NCBI GenBank assembly: GCA_043797125.1 | Contig: JAZDPX010000012.1 | Span: forward strand, 24,376-88,375 | From: Candidatus Omnitrophota bacterium | GTDB taxonomy: Bacteria > Omnitrophota > Gorgyraeia > JABMRG01 > JAFGKX01 | Direction of reading: 5' to 3' | DNA length: 64,000 nucleotides | Shown: piece after piece, positions 49,327 through 59,654 of the stretch | How positions within the stretch are numbered: position 1 is the stretch's first letter | How the letters are laid out: each line of letters opens with the position of its first letter | Made by a program: the position numbers and the translations under genes | Notes under the pieces: model-generated | Databases searched by the model: none | The model's input: only the letters and a program-made list of their open reading frames with translations | What the model was told of the DNA's origin: nothing

Positions 49327-50070
49327 ATGAAATTTAAGATACGCGATCTGAATATTTGGTTTGGCTGTGTGCGCGCCATAAAGCAATTGAACATGGAAAT
49401 TCAGGCCAATGAAATTCTAAGCATAATAGGGCCTTCAAACAGCGGGAAAACGACTTTCTTGCGGGCGCTCAACCGCCTTAACGATCTCAACGCGGATTTT
49501 AAAATAAAAGGAACAATAGAGTTTGAAAAAAAAGATATCCGCGCGGTTGAGGTAGGAGAATTGCGGCGCAAGATAGGCATGGTATTCGCGCTGCCGTTGC
49601 CTTTGCCGTTATCCATATTTGATAATGTAGCCTACGGGCTAAGAATGTCCGGCGAAAGAAAAGCCAGCAACTTGGAAAATAAGGTAAAAGAGGCATTGAA
49701 TCAGGCGCATCTTTGGGATGAAGTAAAAGACAGATTAAACGAATCAGCTTTTAAATTATCAGGAGGCCAGCAGCAGCGCCTCTGTATCGCAAGGACGTTG
49801 GCGGTAGGGCCCGAGGTAATTCTGTTTGACGAACCCTGCTCGGGGCTTGATCCCATTTCCACGGCAAAAGTGGAAGATGCAATGATTAAGCTCAAAGAAA
49901 AATACACGATAGTTTTGGTAACCAATAACGTAAAGCAGGCCGCGAGGGTAGGAGATAAAACAGCGTTCTTTTTAAGCGGCGAGCTCGTTGAGTTGGACAG
50001 GACCGATAAGATTTTTACCGCTCCGCAAGACAAGCGCACGAACGATTACATAATAGGAAAATTCGGCTGA
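49327..50070 (+). CDS. pstB: Phosphate ABC ATPase PstB, copy 1 (Q-loop and H-loop degenerate)
   Basis: [27 protein letters not shown]. Confidence 0.88.
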   Translation: MKFKIRDLNIWFGCVRAIKQLNMEIQANEILSIIGPSNSGKTTFLRALNRLNDLNADFKIKGTIEFEKKDIRAVEVGELRRKIGMVFALPLPLPLSIFDNVAYGLRMSGERKASNLENKVKEALNQAHLWDEVKDRLNESAFKLSGGQQQRLCIARTLAVGPEVILFDEPCSGLDPISTAKVEDAMIKLKEKYTIVLVTNNVKQAARVGDKTAFFLSGELVELDRTDKIFTAPQDKRTNDYIIGKFG

Positions 50071-50825
50071 TGGTAAAAATTACAACTAAAAATCTAAACC
50101 TTTGGTATGGCGCTTTTCATGCCTTAAAGAACATAAACTCGAGCTTTGAGGCAAATAGAATTACGGCCATAATCGGGCCTTCGGGGTGCGGCAAATCCAC
50201 CCTGCTTAGAGTCTTCAACCGGATGAACGACTTAATAGACGGGGTGCGCACCGACGGCGAAGTTTTAATAGACGATACAAATATCCTGAATTCCCACACA
50301 GATTTGGTGTTTCTACGCAAAAAGGTAGGGATGGTATTCCAGCGGCCCAATCCATTTCCTTTGTCAATTTATGAAAATATTGTTTTTGGGCAAAAGATTC
50401 ATGCCGACAGCATAACCAGAGGCGCATTGAATACAATTGTGGAGGCAAGCCTGAGGGACGTCCTTCTGTGGGATGAATTGAAGGACAGGCTTAATAAGCC
50501 TGCCTTGATGTTGTCGCTGGAGCAGAAACAAAGGCTTTGCATTGCGCGGCTTATTGCCGTTAAACCCGACGTATTATTAATGGATGAGCCCTGTTCCGCC
50601 CTGGACCCGCAGGCAACCGCAAGGGTCGAAGAATTGATGCGTGAACTGAGGAACAGGTACACCATAATAATAGTCACCCATAATATGCAGCAGGCAGCGC
50701 GCGTTTCGGATAATACGGGTTTTATGCTTTTAGGCGAGTTGATAGAATTTGGAAAAACACAAGAAATATTTACTGCTCCGTCTGATAAACGCACGGAAGA
50801 TTACATTACCGGAAGATACGGATGA
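50070..50825 (+). CDS. pstB: Phosphate ABC ATPase PstB, copy 2 (signature degenerate)
   Basis: [29 protein letters not shown]. Confidence 0.9.
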   Translation: MVKITTKNLNLWYGAFHALKNINSSFEANRITAIIGPSGCGKSTLLRVFNRMNDLIDGVRTDGEVLIDDTNILNSHTDLVFLRKKVGMVFQRPNPFPLSIYENIVFGQKIHADSITRGALNTIVEASLRDVLLWDELKDRLNKPALMLSLEQKQRLCIARLIAVKPDVLLMDEPCSALDPQATARVEELMRELRNRYTIIIVTHNMQQAARVSDNTGFMLLGELIEFGKTQEIFTAPSDKRTEDYITGRYG

Positions 50826-50871
50826 AAAGTCCCTCGGAAGCTCTTATTCATCGCTTCCTCGGGACGATTTT
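50826..50871. repeat. Intercistronic hairpin between pstB and phoU
   Basis: GTCCCTCGGAAGC..GCTTCCTCGGGAC flanked by A and T runs. Confidence 0.5.
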
Positions 50872-50897
50872 TGTTCCACAAAAATCGGAGGCCAAAC

Positions 50898-51563
50898 ATG
50901 GAAAGACATGTTGACCACGAACTAAAAGAACGCAAAGCAGATATGTTAAGGAGGGGCGCTTTGGCGGAAGAGGCCATCTATAAATCAATTGAGGCGCTGA
51001 AGAACCGGGATAAGGCTGCGGCGGAATCCGTTATAGACGACGATTCCAATATCGATAAATTAGAATTGGCCGTGGATGAAAAATGCATTGATTTGATAGC
51101 GCGCTATCAACCCATGGCTCGTGACCTTCGCTTTATCGCAACCGGTATGAAAATAAACGCCGAGCTTGAAAGGATAGCGGATATTGCGGTGGATATAGCT
51201 CAGCGTACGCTTGAAATCGTGGATAAACCTTTGTTAAAACCGTTAATCGATATACCCAAGATAACTACCATTGCTCAAAACATGGTCAAGATGTCCATTG
51301 ACGCGTTCGTCAAAGGCGACAGCGCCCTAGCCAAAAAAGTCTTATTATCCGATACCGAAGCTGATCAGCTTCGTAATGCTATACAAAAGGAACTCATCGA
51401 GGATTACATGGCCAAAGACGGCAGCACTGCGTCGAGGGCGGTTCAATTACTGCTGATAGCCCGTTTTTTGGAGCGCATATGCGATCATGCTACCAATATA
51501 GCGGAAGATGTGATATATATGGTTCAGGCAGAAGTTGTAAGGCATCATCCCGAGAAGATTTGA
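50898..51563 (+). CDS. phoU: Phosphate signalling protein PhoU
   Basis: QPMARDLR, ELERIAD, LERICDHATNIAE; GGAGG RBS before ATG 50898. Confidence 0.93.
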   Translation: MERHVDHELKERKADMLRRGALAEEAIYKSIEALKNRDKAAAESVIDDDSNIDKLELAVDEKCIDLIARYQPMARDLRFIATGMKINAELERIADIAVDIAQRTLEIVDKPLLKPLIDIPKITTIAQNMVKMSIDAFVKGDSALAKKVLLSDTEADQLRNAIQKELIEDYMAKDGSTASRAVQLLLIARFLERICDHATNIAEDVIYMVQAEVVRHHPEKI

Positions 51564-51576
51564 AGGAGGAATAAAG

Positions 51577-52233
51577 ATGAATAATAAAGAGCGGGTATCC
51601 GCCATGCAGAAATTGAGAAAGGATTTTTTAGCCGGCATAGCTATTATTTTTCCGATAGCGGTTACGGCATATATTTTAATCATAGCCTTTAAATTCGCGG
51701 ATGGAATTTTAGGCAAGGCGCTAAACAGGTATATACATTATTATTTTGGCTACAAGATCCCAGGAATAGGTATTGTGCTGGGAGTGCTTTTAGTGCTATT
51801 CACAGGAATGCTTGCCAATCGTTTTATCGGCATAAAATTGTTTCCGGTTTTGGAGCGCTTTATAATAAAACTGCCGATTCTGCGGCATATCTATGCGCCG
51901 GCAAAACAGCTCTCGAATTTTTTCTTTAAAAACAATAAAGATTCTGTGTTCAACAGGGTTGTCCTGGTTCCGTATCCGAACGACGATACCTATTCAATAG
52001 GGTTCATGACAAACGATGAATTATCCGAAATTGACGCAAAATTAGGTAAAAAGATTGTGTCAGTGCTTATTTCAACGCCGCCATCGCCTTTTAGCGGGCC
52101 TATTATTTTTGTTCCAAAAGAAAAGGTAAAGCCGCTTGATTTATCCATGGAAGAGGCGATTAAATTTATCGTGTCAGGGGGATTGATTGCCCCTAACAGG
52201 TATCTTAACAAGAATAAAGAAAACATAATATGA
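51577..52233 (+). CDS. DUF502 family membrane protein
   Basis: FLAGIAIIFP, VVLVPYP, IGFMT, TPPSPFSG, EEAIKFIVSGG. Confidence 0.85.
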   Translation: MNNKERVSAMQKLRKDFLAGIAIIFPIAVTAYILIIAFKFADGILGKALNRYIHYYFGYKIPGIGIVLGVLLVLFTGMLANRFIGIKLFPVLERFIIKLPILRHIYAPAKQLSNFFFKNNKDSVFNRVVLVPYPNDDTYSIGFMTNDELSEIDAKLGKKIVSVLISTPPSPFSGPIIFVPKEKVKPLDLSMEEAIKFIVSGGLIAPNRYLNKNKENII

Positions 52234-53930
52234 TTTATCATATAGTTCTTATTGCCGTAGTATTTTTCATACTGGCTTTTCGTTTTTACGGCTCTTTTTT
52301 AGCCAAAAAATTTCAGGTTGAGGATTCTTCACCCACGCCTGCCTGCCAGATAAATGATGGCATAGATTACGTCCCTGCAAAACCTGCCTTGCTTTTAGGC
52401 CAGCATTTTTCAGCTATTGCCGCAGCCGGGCCAATTGTAGGGCCTATTCTTGCCTGCATCTGGTTTGGCTGGGTACCTGCGCTTTTATGGATTGTGTTAG
52501 GCGCGGTTTTTATAGGCGGCGTGCATGATTTCGGCAGTTTATTCGCGTCGCTTAAGCACAAGGCAGCATCTATAGGAGAAATTGTCAAGGATAACATGCC
52601 AAGGGTCTATAAATTATTTCTTGTCTTCGTGTGGCTTGCGCTGGTTTATGTCATTATTGCCTTTACCGATATTACCGCGCACACTTTTAAGACAACTGTC
52701 GGGGGCGAGGCCTTTGGTCCGGCAGTGGCAGGCTCATCAGCTCTCTATCTTTTGGCAGCAATTGCAATGGGAATTTTATTATACCGTTTTAAAATCAGGC
52801 TTTGGCTGGCGACATTAATATTTTTACCTTTAATATTATTTATTATCTGGGCAGGGCCGCGCCTGCCGCAGCCTATATTAACTTCCTTGTCAGGAATTTC
52901 AGTCAAGCAATGGGATGCGATACTTTTGGTTTACTGCCTGGCAGCGTCTTTGTTCCCTGTGTGGCTTTTATTGCAGCCGCGAGGGTATTTAGGCGGCTGG
53001 TTTTTATATCTGGTTATTTTAATCGGGTTAATCGGGGCTGTCTTTGGCGGATTTCGCATAGAATATCCCGCTTTTAACTTAAGCGGATTAAAAAGCGCGG
53101 ATAATGCCAAATCAATTTTTCCTGTATTGTTTATTACCGTTGCCTGCGGCGCTGTTTCAGGATTTCACGGTATTGTTTCATCAGGCACTACCTCAAAACA
53201 GGTCTGCAAATATAAGGATAGTTTGCCCATTGGTTACGGCACGATGCTTTTAGAGGGGTTAGTAGCGGTTCTGGCGATAGCTACGGTGATTATGTTGCCA
53301 AAAGGTTCGCAGATTTTGAAATCCGACCCGAATTTAATTTATGCGCAAGGCCTTGCCCGCTATTTAGGTTTGCTGAAAATAAATTACGGGCTGGCTTTAG
53401 CTTTTGCGCTTTTGGCATTTTCCACTTTTGTGTACGACACGCTGGATGTCTGCACAAGGCTGGCGCGCTATATTTTCCAGGAATTAACAGGATGGAAATC
53501 AAGGCAAGGCGGATTTATAGCCGCTCTTATCAGCCTTATTATCCCTTTTGTTTTCCTTATGTTTACCGAGGAAAAGGGCTATCTTGTGGCGTGGCCTATT
53601 TTTGGCACATCAAATCAGCTTTTGGCCAGTTTGATATTATTGGCAATTTCAGTATGGCTGATTAAATCAGGGAAAAGGCCTTTTTATGTAATTTTACCGA
53701 TGTTATTTATGATGGTAATGACTATCTGGTCATTGTTTAGCTTGGTTGTTCCTTTTATCAGCAGCTTACCAGCAATATTACAGGGTGAAACAAGCGCTGA
53801 TATTTTAATTTCAGGCATTTGCGCAGTTGCGCTTTTGGCTTTAAGCCTTACGTTAATTTACGAGGCAGCCATATCGCTTATGGGCAATGGAAACAGTAAA
53901 GGCATTAAACAAGGAGCAAAAGTTTCTTAA
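52230..53930 (+). CDS. cstA: Carbon starvation protein A family transporter
   Basis: DGIDYVP, GQHFSAIAAAGPIVGP, GGVHD, ACGAVSGFH, WPIFGTSNQL. Confidence 0.92.
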   Translation: MIYHIVLIAVVFFILAFRFYGSFLAKKFQVEDSSPTPACQINDGIDYVPAKPALLLGQHFSAIAAAGPIVGPILACIWFGWVPALLWIVLGAVFIGGVHDFGSLFASLKHKAASIGEIVKDNMPRVYKLFLVFVWLALVYVIIAFTDITAHTFKTTVGGEAFGPAVAGSSALYLLAAIAMGILLYRFKIRLWLATLIFLPLILFIIWAGPRLPQPILTSLSGISVKQWDAILLVYCLAASLFPVWLLLQPRGYLGGWFLYLVILIGLIGAVFGGFRIEYPAFNLSGLKSADNAKSIFPVLFITVACGAVSGFHGIVSSGTTSKQVCKYKDSLPIGYGTMLLEGLVAVLAIATVIMLPKGSQILKSDPNLIYAQGLARYLGLLKINYGLALAFALLAFSTFVYDTLDVCTRLARYIFQELTGWKSRQGGFIAALISLIIPFVFLMFTEEKGYLVAWPIFGTSNQLLASLILLAISVWLIKSGKRPFYVILPMLFMMVMTIWSLFSLVVPFISSLPAILQGETSADILISGICAVALLALSLTLIYEAAISLMGNGNSKGIKQGAKVS

Positions 53931-54911
53931 ATGGATCTAGTTCTAGTAGGTTCAATTTTATTGATGGCTATTGCAGTAGGATGGTCAATAGGCGCAAACG
54001 ACGCAGCTAATTCTTTAGGCACTGCAGTTGGCTCAAGAGTGTTGACATTGCGTCAGGCGATTATTCTGATCAGCGTCTTTGGTTTTCTCGGAGCATTTCT
54101 GCAGGGCGCTCATGTAACCAAAACCATTGGTAAAGGCATTGTAGCCATTGATAAATTAGACAAAGACGCGGCTTTGTATTTAGCTTTAGTCGCTTGTTTC
54201 GCTACTTGCGCGTGGGTAATATTGGCTACTTACTGGAAGATGCCTATCTCTACCAGTCACTCTATTGTTGGCGCAGTGGCAGGCGCAGGCATTGCTATAC
54301 ACGAGCCGCTTAAATGGAAAGTCCTTTTTGACATATTTCTTTGCTGGGTGTTTACCCCTGTCGGCGCGGCTGTTTTAGGGTATCTGTTTTACCGGATTTT
54401 TAAAATTATATTTTACAAGTTTTTTCCGCGCAAATACCTGAAGCAAACTTTAACGGTTTTGATAATTGTAAGCGGCTGTTATGTTTCTTATACATGGGGA
54501 GCAAACGATGTTGCTAATGCAACCGGAGTTATTGCTGGCGCAGGGGTGCTTACGCCGACAACGAGCGTGATCCTGGGCGGCCTGGCAATAGCCTTAGGCA
54601 TTATAACATGGGGATATAAAGTTATTGAAACAATCGGCGTGCGCATAACATCGCTTTTGCCGATTATGGCGTTTTCAGCGCAATTAGCCAGCGCTATTAA
54701 CGTCCATGTTTACACCATTTTTGGCATACCTGTTTCTACAAGCCATTCTATTGTAGGTGCGATTTTCGGCGTGGGATTAGTCAGGGGCGTCAGGGCTGTT
54801 AATATGCATATCTTAAAGGAAATAATTGTCTGCTGGTTAGCTACGCCGTTTATTTCCGGGGTAATCAGTTTTTTACTTTTAAAGGGTATTGCGATTTTTA
54901 TAAAAATATAG
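53931..54911 (+). CDS. pit: PiT-family inorganic phosphate transporter
   Basis: Two GAND motifs, PISTSH and PVSTSH. Confidence 0.9.
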   Translation: MDLVLVGSILLMAIAVGWSIGANDAANSLGTAVGSRVLTLRQAIILISVFGFLGAFLQGAHVTKTIGKGIVAIDKLDKDAALYLALVACFATCAWVILATYWKMPISTSHSIVGAVAGAGIAIHEPLKWKVLFDIFLCWVFTPVGAAVLGYLFYRIFKIIFYKFFPRKYLKQTLTVLIIVSGCYVSYTWGANDVANATGVIAGAGVLTPTTSVILGGLAIALGIITWGYKVIETIGVRITSLLPIMAFSAQLASAINVHVYTIFGIPVSTSHSIVGAIFGVGLVRGVRAVNMHILKEIIVCWLATPFISGVISFLLLKGIAIFIKI

Positions 54912-54921
54912 GAGGAATAAA

Positions 54922-55590
54922 ATGAAGGAGAGAAGGAATTTTTTAGGCTGGCTTGAAATGGCGGAGGAACAATCAATTCTACAGGATGCCCAGAAGCATG
55001 TAGATGAAACCTACAAGACAGTTACATATTTTGCCGAGGCGATTAAGGCGTTTATTCAGGGCGACCTTAATGCCAAGGCCGCCGCAATTGAAAGCGTGAG
55101 AAAAAGCGAGCACGAAGCGGATATACTAAGGTCTAAAATGGTAAAGGAGCTATCAGAGGGCATATTCATGCCGCCTGACAGAGAAGAGATGATGCGTTTT
55201 GTCAGGACCCTGGATAAGATTGCTGACTGGACAAACGGGGCTGCCAGGATTTTGGGATTTATCGAGCATAAAATCCCGGAACCAATCTTGCAGAATATCT
55301 CAAGTGCCGCAGGATTGATTTTTAATTCAATTAGCAGTCTCAAAGAGGCTATTAAGGCCTTAACCAAAAATGACTTAAAAAACGCGTTAGCCAGCTGCGA
55401 AGATGTTGATAGAATCGAGCACGATGCCGATGACCAGAAAAAAGTCTTAATCGAGTCAATTATACACGCTAAGCTTGAGCCGACAAGCCTTTTACTATGT
55501 TATCAATTGGCAGAATATATGGAAGGCGTAACAGATAAAATAGAAGACGCGGCTGATTTTGTTAAGATTACTGCTATAAAATCGAAATAA
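54922..55590 (+). CDS. DUF47/PhoU-like Pit accessory protein
   Basis: EHEAD, PPDRE, EHDAD, DKIEDAAD; follows pit. Confidence 0.88.
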   Translation: MKERRNFLGWLEMAEEQSILQDAQKHVDETYKTVTYFAEAIKAFIQGDLNAKAAAIESVRKSEHEADILRSKMVKELSEGIFMPPDREEMMRFVRTLDKIADWTNGAARILGFIEHKIPEPILQNISSAAGLIFNSISSLKEAIKALTKNDLKNALASCEDVDRIEHDADDQKKVLIESIIHAKLEPTSLLLCYQLAEYMEGVTDKIEDAADFVKITAIKSK

Positions 55591-55604
55591 TAAAAGAGGT
55601 TTTT

Positions 55605-56135
55605 ATGATGCCGGTTGGACCACTGATGAAAGAACACAGGCTTATCGAGCGCATGATACGGATAACGGGTGGTAAGCTTGATAAAATAAAGCAAACAAAA
55701 GATGCGGATACGCTATTTATTGACGCGGCAGTGGATTTCATAAGGACATACGCGGACAAATGCCATCACGGCAAAGAGGAAGACATATTATTCAGGGAGC
55801 TTGCTAAGAAGGAATTATCCGACGAGCATAAGAAAATTATGAATGAATTAATAGAAGAGCATAAGCTAGCTAGAAATAATACAAGACAGCTAATTACAGC
55901 AAAAGAGAATTACGCTAAAGGCGATAAAAACGCTTTAAAAGATATCATGTCAAATATGGAAATATTAGTTAAATTTTATCCAAAACACATCGAGAAAGAA
56001 GATAAACGTTTTTTTATTCCGTGCATGAGCTATTTTACAGAGCTTCAAAGAGATGCAATGCTTAGCGAAATGCTGGAATTTGACAGAAACATGATTCATA
56101 AAAAATACGCCGATATTGTCGAAGGATATGAATAA
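55605..56135 (+). CDS. Hemerythrin-domain protein
   Basis: EHRLI, HHGKEEDILF, EEH, HIEKED. Confidence 0.88.
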   Translation: MMPVGPLMKEHRLIERMIRITGGKLDKIKQTKDADTLFIDAAVDFIRTYADKCHHGKEEDILFRELAKKELSDEHKKIMNELIEEHKLARNNTRQLITAKENYAKGDKNALKDIMSNMEILVKFYPKHIEKEDKRFFIPCMSYFTELQRDAMLSEMLEFDRNMIHKKYADIVEGYE

Positions 56136-56574
56136 TTCAAGAAGAGCCCCCATAGTGCTTTCCCAGAAAATAGCGATGTTAATTATAGTTGTGTTTTCTT
56201 TATCTGCTTCAGTCAGATTATTCAGTTACGCGGTTGATTTCAACGGTGCGGATATAAAGAATAACAACATAAGCCGATATGAAAGCCGCTTTAGCGAAAT
56301 CAGGAAAATGTTAGCTAGCGAAAAGGTTGTCGGGTATATTACGGAAAAGACTCCGGAAGAAATCACTGCTGATGCAAACGCTACGGCTGAGTATTTTTTG
56401 ACACAATACGCTATTTCGCCGACGGTTGTCGATAATAAAAAATTTGACGGTCTCGTCGTAGGAAATCTTCACTCCGGCTATTTATCTGGTAATGCCAGCA
56501 CTAAAAAACTTTCTTTAATAAAAAATTTCGGAAACGGTGTAATGCTATTAAAGAGTGTAGGAGAATCAGAATGA
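56128..56574 (+). CDS. Hypothetical membrane-anchored protein
   Basis: Single N-terminal TM, YFLTQYAISP; overlaps the start of the next gene. Confidence 0.55.
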   Translation: MNNSRRAPIVLSQKIAMLIIVVFSLSASVRLFSYAVDFNGADIKNNNISRYESRFSEIRKMLASEKVVGYITEKTPEEITADANATAEYFLTQYAISPTVVDNKKFDGLVVGNLHSGYLSGNASTKKLSLIKNFGNGVMLLKSVGESE

Positions 56575-57992
56575 TAATAGCTTCCTTATTCGCTTTTCTT
56601 TTGCCGGCAATGATAGGCCTACTAATAATTTATTTATCTTGGCCGGATCAATACTCAATTTTTAAAAATCCCCTGATTAAATTTTCACTTGCGATAGGCT
56701 TAGGATTTGGAATATCGTCATTATGTTTTTTTATTTGGGTCATCATTCTTGGCCCTAAGAACGGATTTGTTCCTTCCATAATGTCAGAATTTTTATTATT
56801 AATCGTATTATCTATTATCGCCTTGCGGCACCTCAAGAAAAACGCCGGATCTCAAATGCAAGATTGCGGTATCCGCCCAAATCCCGTTAAGCACCAGCTC
56901 CTCTACAAGATTCTTTTAAGCGTTACTTGCGTTGTTTTCGCAATGACGGCGGTATCTTTTATATGCATGTCACTTAAAGAACCGCACGGAGGTTGGGACG
57001 CGTGGGCCATATGGAATATGCATGCGCGTTTCCTATTTAGAGGCGACCTTGATTGGCGCAATGTATTTTCTGCAGCAATAGACTGGACACATTCTGATTA
57101 CCCTTTTCTTATTCCAGGGCTAATAGCTCGCTGTTGGAGATTTATAGGCAAGGAGATGGTGTGGCCGCCTTGTGCAATAGCCATGCTTTTTACGCTAGGG
57201 ACAGCTGGCGTAATCATTTCTTCACTTTCTATAATAAAAGGTAAAATAGATGGCCTTTTGGGCGGTTTGATGTTAATGGGAACATCTTTTTTTATACAAC
57301 ACGGCGCCTCGCAGTATGTGGATGTGCCGCTGTCATTCTTTTTTTGTTCGGTTTTGGCGCTATTTAGTATCATAGATTTTTCATATCACGATAGGCAAAA
57401 ACTTTTACCTTTAGCGGGCATGATGGCGGCTTTTTCAGCATGGACCAAAAATGAAGGTATTGTATTTCTTTTTTCGCTTATCGCGGCACGATTTATAATA
57501 GTTATAAGATCCAGAGGTTTTAAGGCCTATATGAAAGAAACAGGGTTATTGATAATAGGCATAATGCCGGTCGCTCTTGTTTTGGCTTATTTTAAGTTGT
57601 ATTTAGCGCCGCGCAACGACCTTTCCAGAGGTAATTTTTTAGCAACCGTAACAGATTTTCCCAGATATCTTTTTATCATAAAGGCCTTCCTTGGCCAGTT
57701 TATACATTTTGGAGCTTTTTTCATAGGAGCAATACCTCTTTTATTTATATACCTGTTTATATCAGGAGTAAGCATAAAGAAAAAATATATTTCAGTTCCA
57801 GCGACCTCATTTATAGTTCTTTGTCTGATGACCTGTTTTTACTTCCTTGTGTATCTTATTACGCCACGCGACCTAAGCTGGCATCTGGGCACATCTCTTG
57901 ATCGTCTGTTCCTGCAATTATGGCCCAGCACAATATTGTTTATTTTTCTTATAGCCAAACCTATTGAAGGAGACCAGCTAACATTACAATGA
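56571..57992 (+). CDS. Polytopic membrane protein, putative GT-C (PMT/ArnT-like) glycosyltransferase
   Basis: WDAWAIWN and HSDYP loop, DVP, WTKNEG, many TMs. Confidence 0.65.
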   Translation: MIIASLFAFLLPAMIGLLIIYLSWPDQYSIFKNPLIKFSLAIGLGFGISSLCFFIWVIILGPKNGFVPSIMSEFLLLIVLSIIALRHLKKNAGSQMQDCGIRPNPVKHQLLYKILLSVTCVVFAMTAVSFICMSLKEPHGGWDAWAIWNMHARFLFRGDLDWRNVFSAAIDWTHSDYPFLIPGLIARCWRFIGKEMVWPPCAIAMLFTLGTAGVIISSLSIIKGKIDGLLGGLMLMGTSFFIQHGASQYVDVPLSFFFCSVLALFSIIDFSYHDRQKLLPLAGMMAAFSAWTKNEGIVFLFSLIAARFIIVIRSRGFKAYMKETGLLIIGIMPVALVLAYFKLYLAPRNDLSRGNFLATVTDFPRYLFIIKAFLGQFIHFGAFFIGAIPLLFIYLFISGVSIKKKYISVPATSFIVLCLMTCFYFLVYLITPRDLSWHLGTSLDRLFLQLWPSTILFIFLIAKPIEGDQLTLQ

Positions 57993-58061
57993 TACAGATA
58001 TCCAGATGGCATATCTCCCAACTGCCTCTCAACGCCACCTTTTTCTTAAGAGATATTTTTA

Positions 58062-58115
58062 ATGGATAAACATATACACATACGTACTTTCGGATGGCCG
58101 TTGTCCACCCTATAG
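58062..58115 (+). pseudogene. Truncated 5' end of a MiaB-like methylthiotransferase gene (probable island junction)
   Basis: Encodes MDKHIHIRTFGWPLSTL*; first 11 codons fit the MiaB N-terminal IxTFG(CQMN) motif, then diverge. Confidence 0.55.
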
Positions 58116-58201
58116 ACGCACGATGGCGAGCTTGGCGGAGGCGTTGGTAGGGGCGGATTGAGAGCAAGTATTATAGACAGGTTTATTAAAGGTTGTGATG
58201 T

Positions 58202-58780
58202 ATGAAAATTCGAGAAAGCGGGATGCCTGAGCGTGAAATGTGGGAGAAATTCTTTAGTCCTGCAAAAATTCTGTCCACGCTCGGCATAAATAGTCAAACA
58301 GGTGACGTTGCTGAGTTCGGGTGCGGCTACGGCACCTTTACGATTCCGGCCGCGAAAGTAATCAAAGGAGAAATATACGCGCTGGATCTTGAGCCTGATA
58401 TGATCCTATTTACTGATGAAGAAGCTAACAAGGGCGGTTTGACCAATGTGAAAACAGTCCTGCGTGATTTTATGGCAGAGGGATCCGGCCTTCCGGATGG
58501 AAGCGTGGATTATGCGATGCTCTTCAATATTCTTCATCTTGAAAAACCAATGATTCTTATTAATGAGGCAAAGCGGATTTTGAGGGAAGGCGGCAAGCTT
58601 GGGATCATTCATTGGAATTACGATCCGAAGACGCCGCGCGGGCCTTCGATGGATATTCGGCCAAAACCGGAAGATTGCACAAAATGGGCGGAAAGCGCCG
58701 GGTTCGGCGGAGCTGTCCAGTATGACTTAAAGCCATATCATTACGGCATCGTTTTAACGAAAGCGGAGGTTATAAGATGA
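58202..58780 (+). CDS. Class I SAM-dependent methyltransferase
   Basis: EFGCGYGTF, ALDLE, FNILH, LREGG, PRGP. Confidence 0.85.
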   Translation: MKIRESGMPEREMWEKFFSPAKILSTLGINSQTGDVAEFGCGYGTFTIPAAKVIKGEIYALDLEPDMILFTDEEANKGGLTNVKTVLRDFMAEGSGLPDGSVDYAMLFNILHLEKPMILINEAKRILREGGKLGIIHWNYDPKTPRGPSMDIRPKPEDCTKWAESAGFGGAVQYDLKPYHYGIVLTKAEVIR

Positions 58781-59097
58781 GGATCGGGGTTATTATTTCA
58801 AGCAATGATGCAGAAACGTCTTGGAACGCGTTTCGGTACGCCAACTTTTGTTTGGGGCAAAAAGACGAGGTGAAGGTGTTTCTAACCGGCAAGGGCGTTG
58901 AATACCAAAAGATAAGTACCGAGAAGTTCAATACGATCGAGCAGGCAGAGAAATTACTTCAGGCCGGAGGCAAGATACTGGCTTGTGGAACATGTATTAA
59001 GTCTCGGAATCAGGAAGGCACGGAAATGTGCCCGATCAACACCATGAAGGATATGTACGAGATCATTAAAGAGAGCGACAAGGTGGTCACCTTTTAG
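58777..59097 (+). CDS. DsrE/DsrF-like sulfur-relay family protein
   Basis: VFLTGKGVE, ACGTC, SDKVVTF. Confidence 0.85.
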   Translation: MRIGVIISSNDAETSWNAFRYANFCLGQKDEVKVFLTGKGVEYQKISTEKFNTIEQAEKLLQAGGKILACGTCIKSRNQEGTEMCPINTMKDMYEIIKESDKVVTF

Positions 59098-59122
59098 CAC
59101 AGCCAAGTTTAGAATCATTAGA

Positions 59123-59162
59123 GCCCTATGGCTGTGCCGGGTGGCATAGTCATAGGGTTTTC
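59123..59162 (+). terminator. Rho-independent terminator
   Basis: CCCTATGGCTGTGCC-GGGT-GGCATAGTCATAGGG followed by a T run. Confidence 0.7.
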
Positions 59163-59497
59163 TGTTTACGGGTCCTTGGAAGCCGGTGTCGGGTGAGGGT
59201 CGGGCGAGGCGCGGGTTGTCAGTGATTATGGTCAAAAAAATCGATGACAATGTCAATTCAACGGGTGTCTTGGGCATCTATGGTCAGATTGGCTGGAATG
59301 AGCGTTCCCAGACGGTAAACAAGCGACTTTCGGGGTGTCCTGCAGGCGGTCGGGGTCGTCAAAAAGGGCGTTTTTGAGTGACATGGATGGACATTTGGTG
59401 CGTTGTATAAACGTTATGCGATTGTAACTGTAGGCGGTACTTTTGATGAACGAAAGTACAGCAAGATTTGGGTGAATTTTAATGCTCACTTTAGGCT

Positions 59498-59521
59498 AAT
59501 GTTCACTAAACAGTGAACATT
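59498..59521. promoter_or_regulatory. Palindromic protein-binding site candidate
   Basis: AATGTTCACT-AAAC-AGTGAACATT; a third half-site AATGCTCACT at 59481. Confidence 0.5.
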
Positions 59522-59654
59522 GTTGCGCGAACATCGTGTCAGAAAAAGCATATAGTTTTTCTGACAAGGCCAATCCTGTTTTGCTGGCTGTTTTTGATTG
59601 ACTCCCAATGCTTTTCGTGCTATAAGATGCAATATGCGCAATAGGAGAATAACT

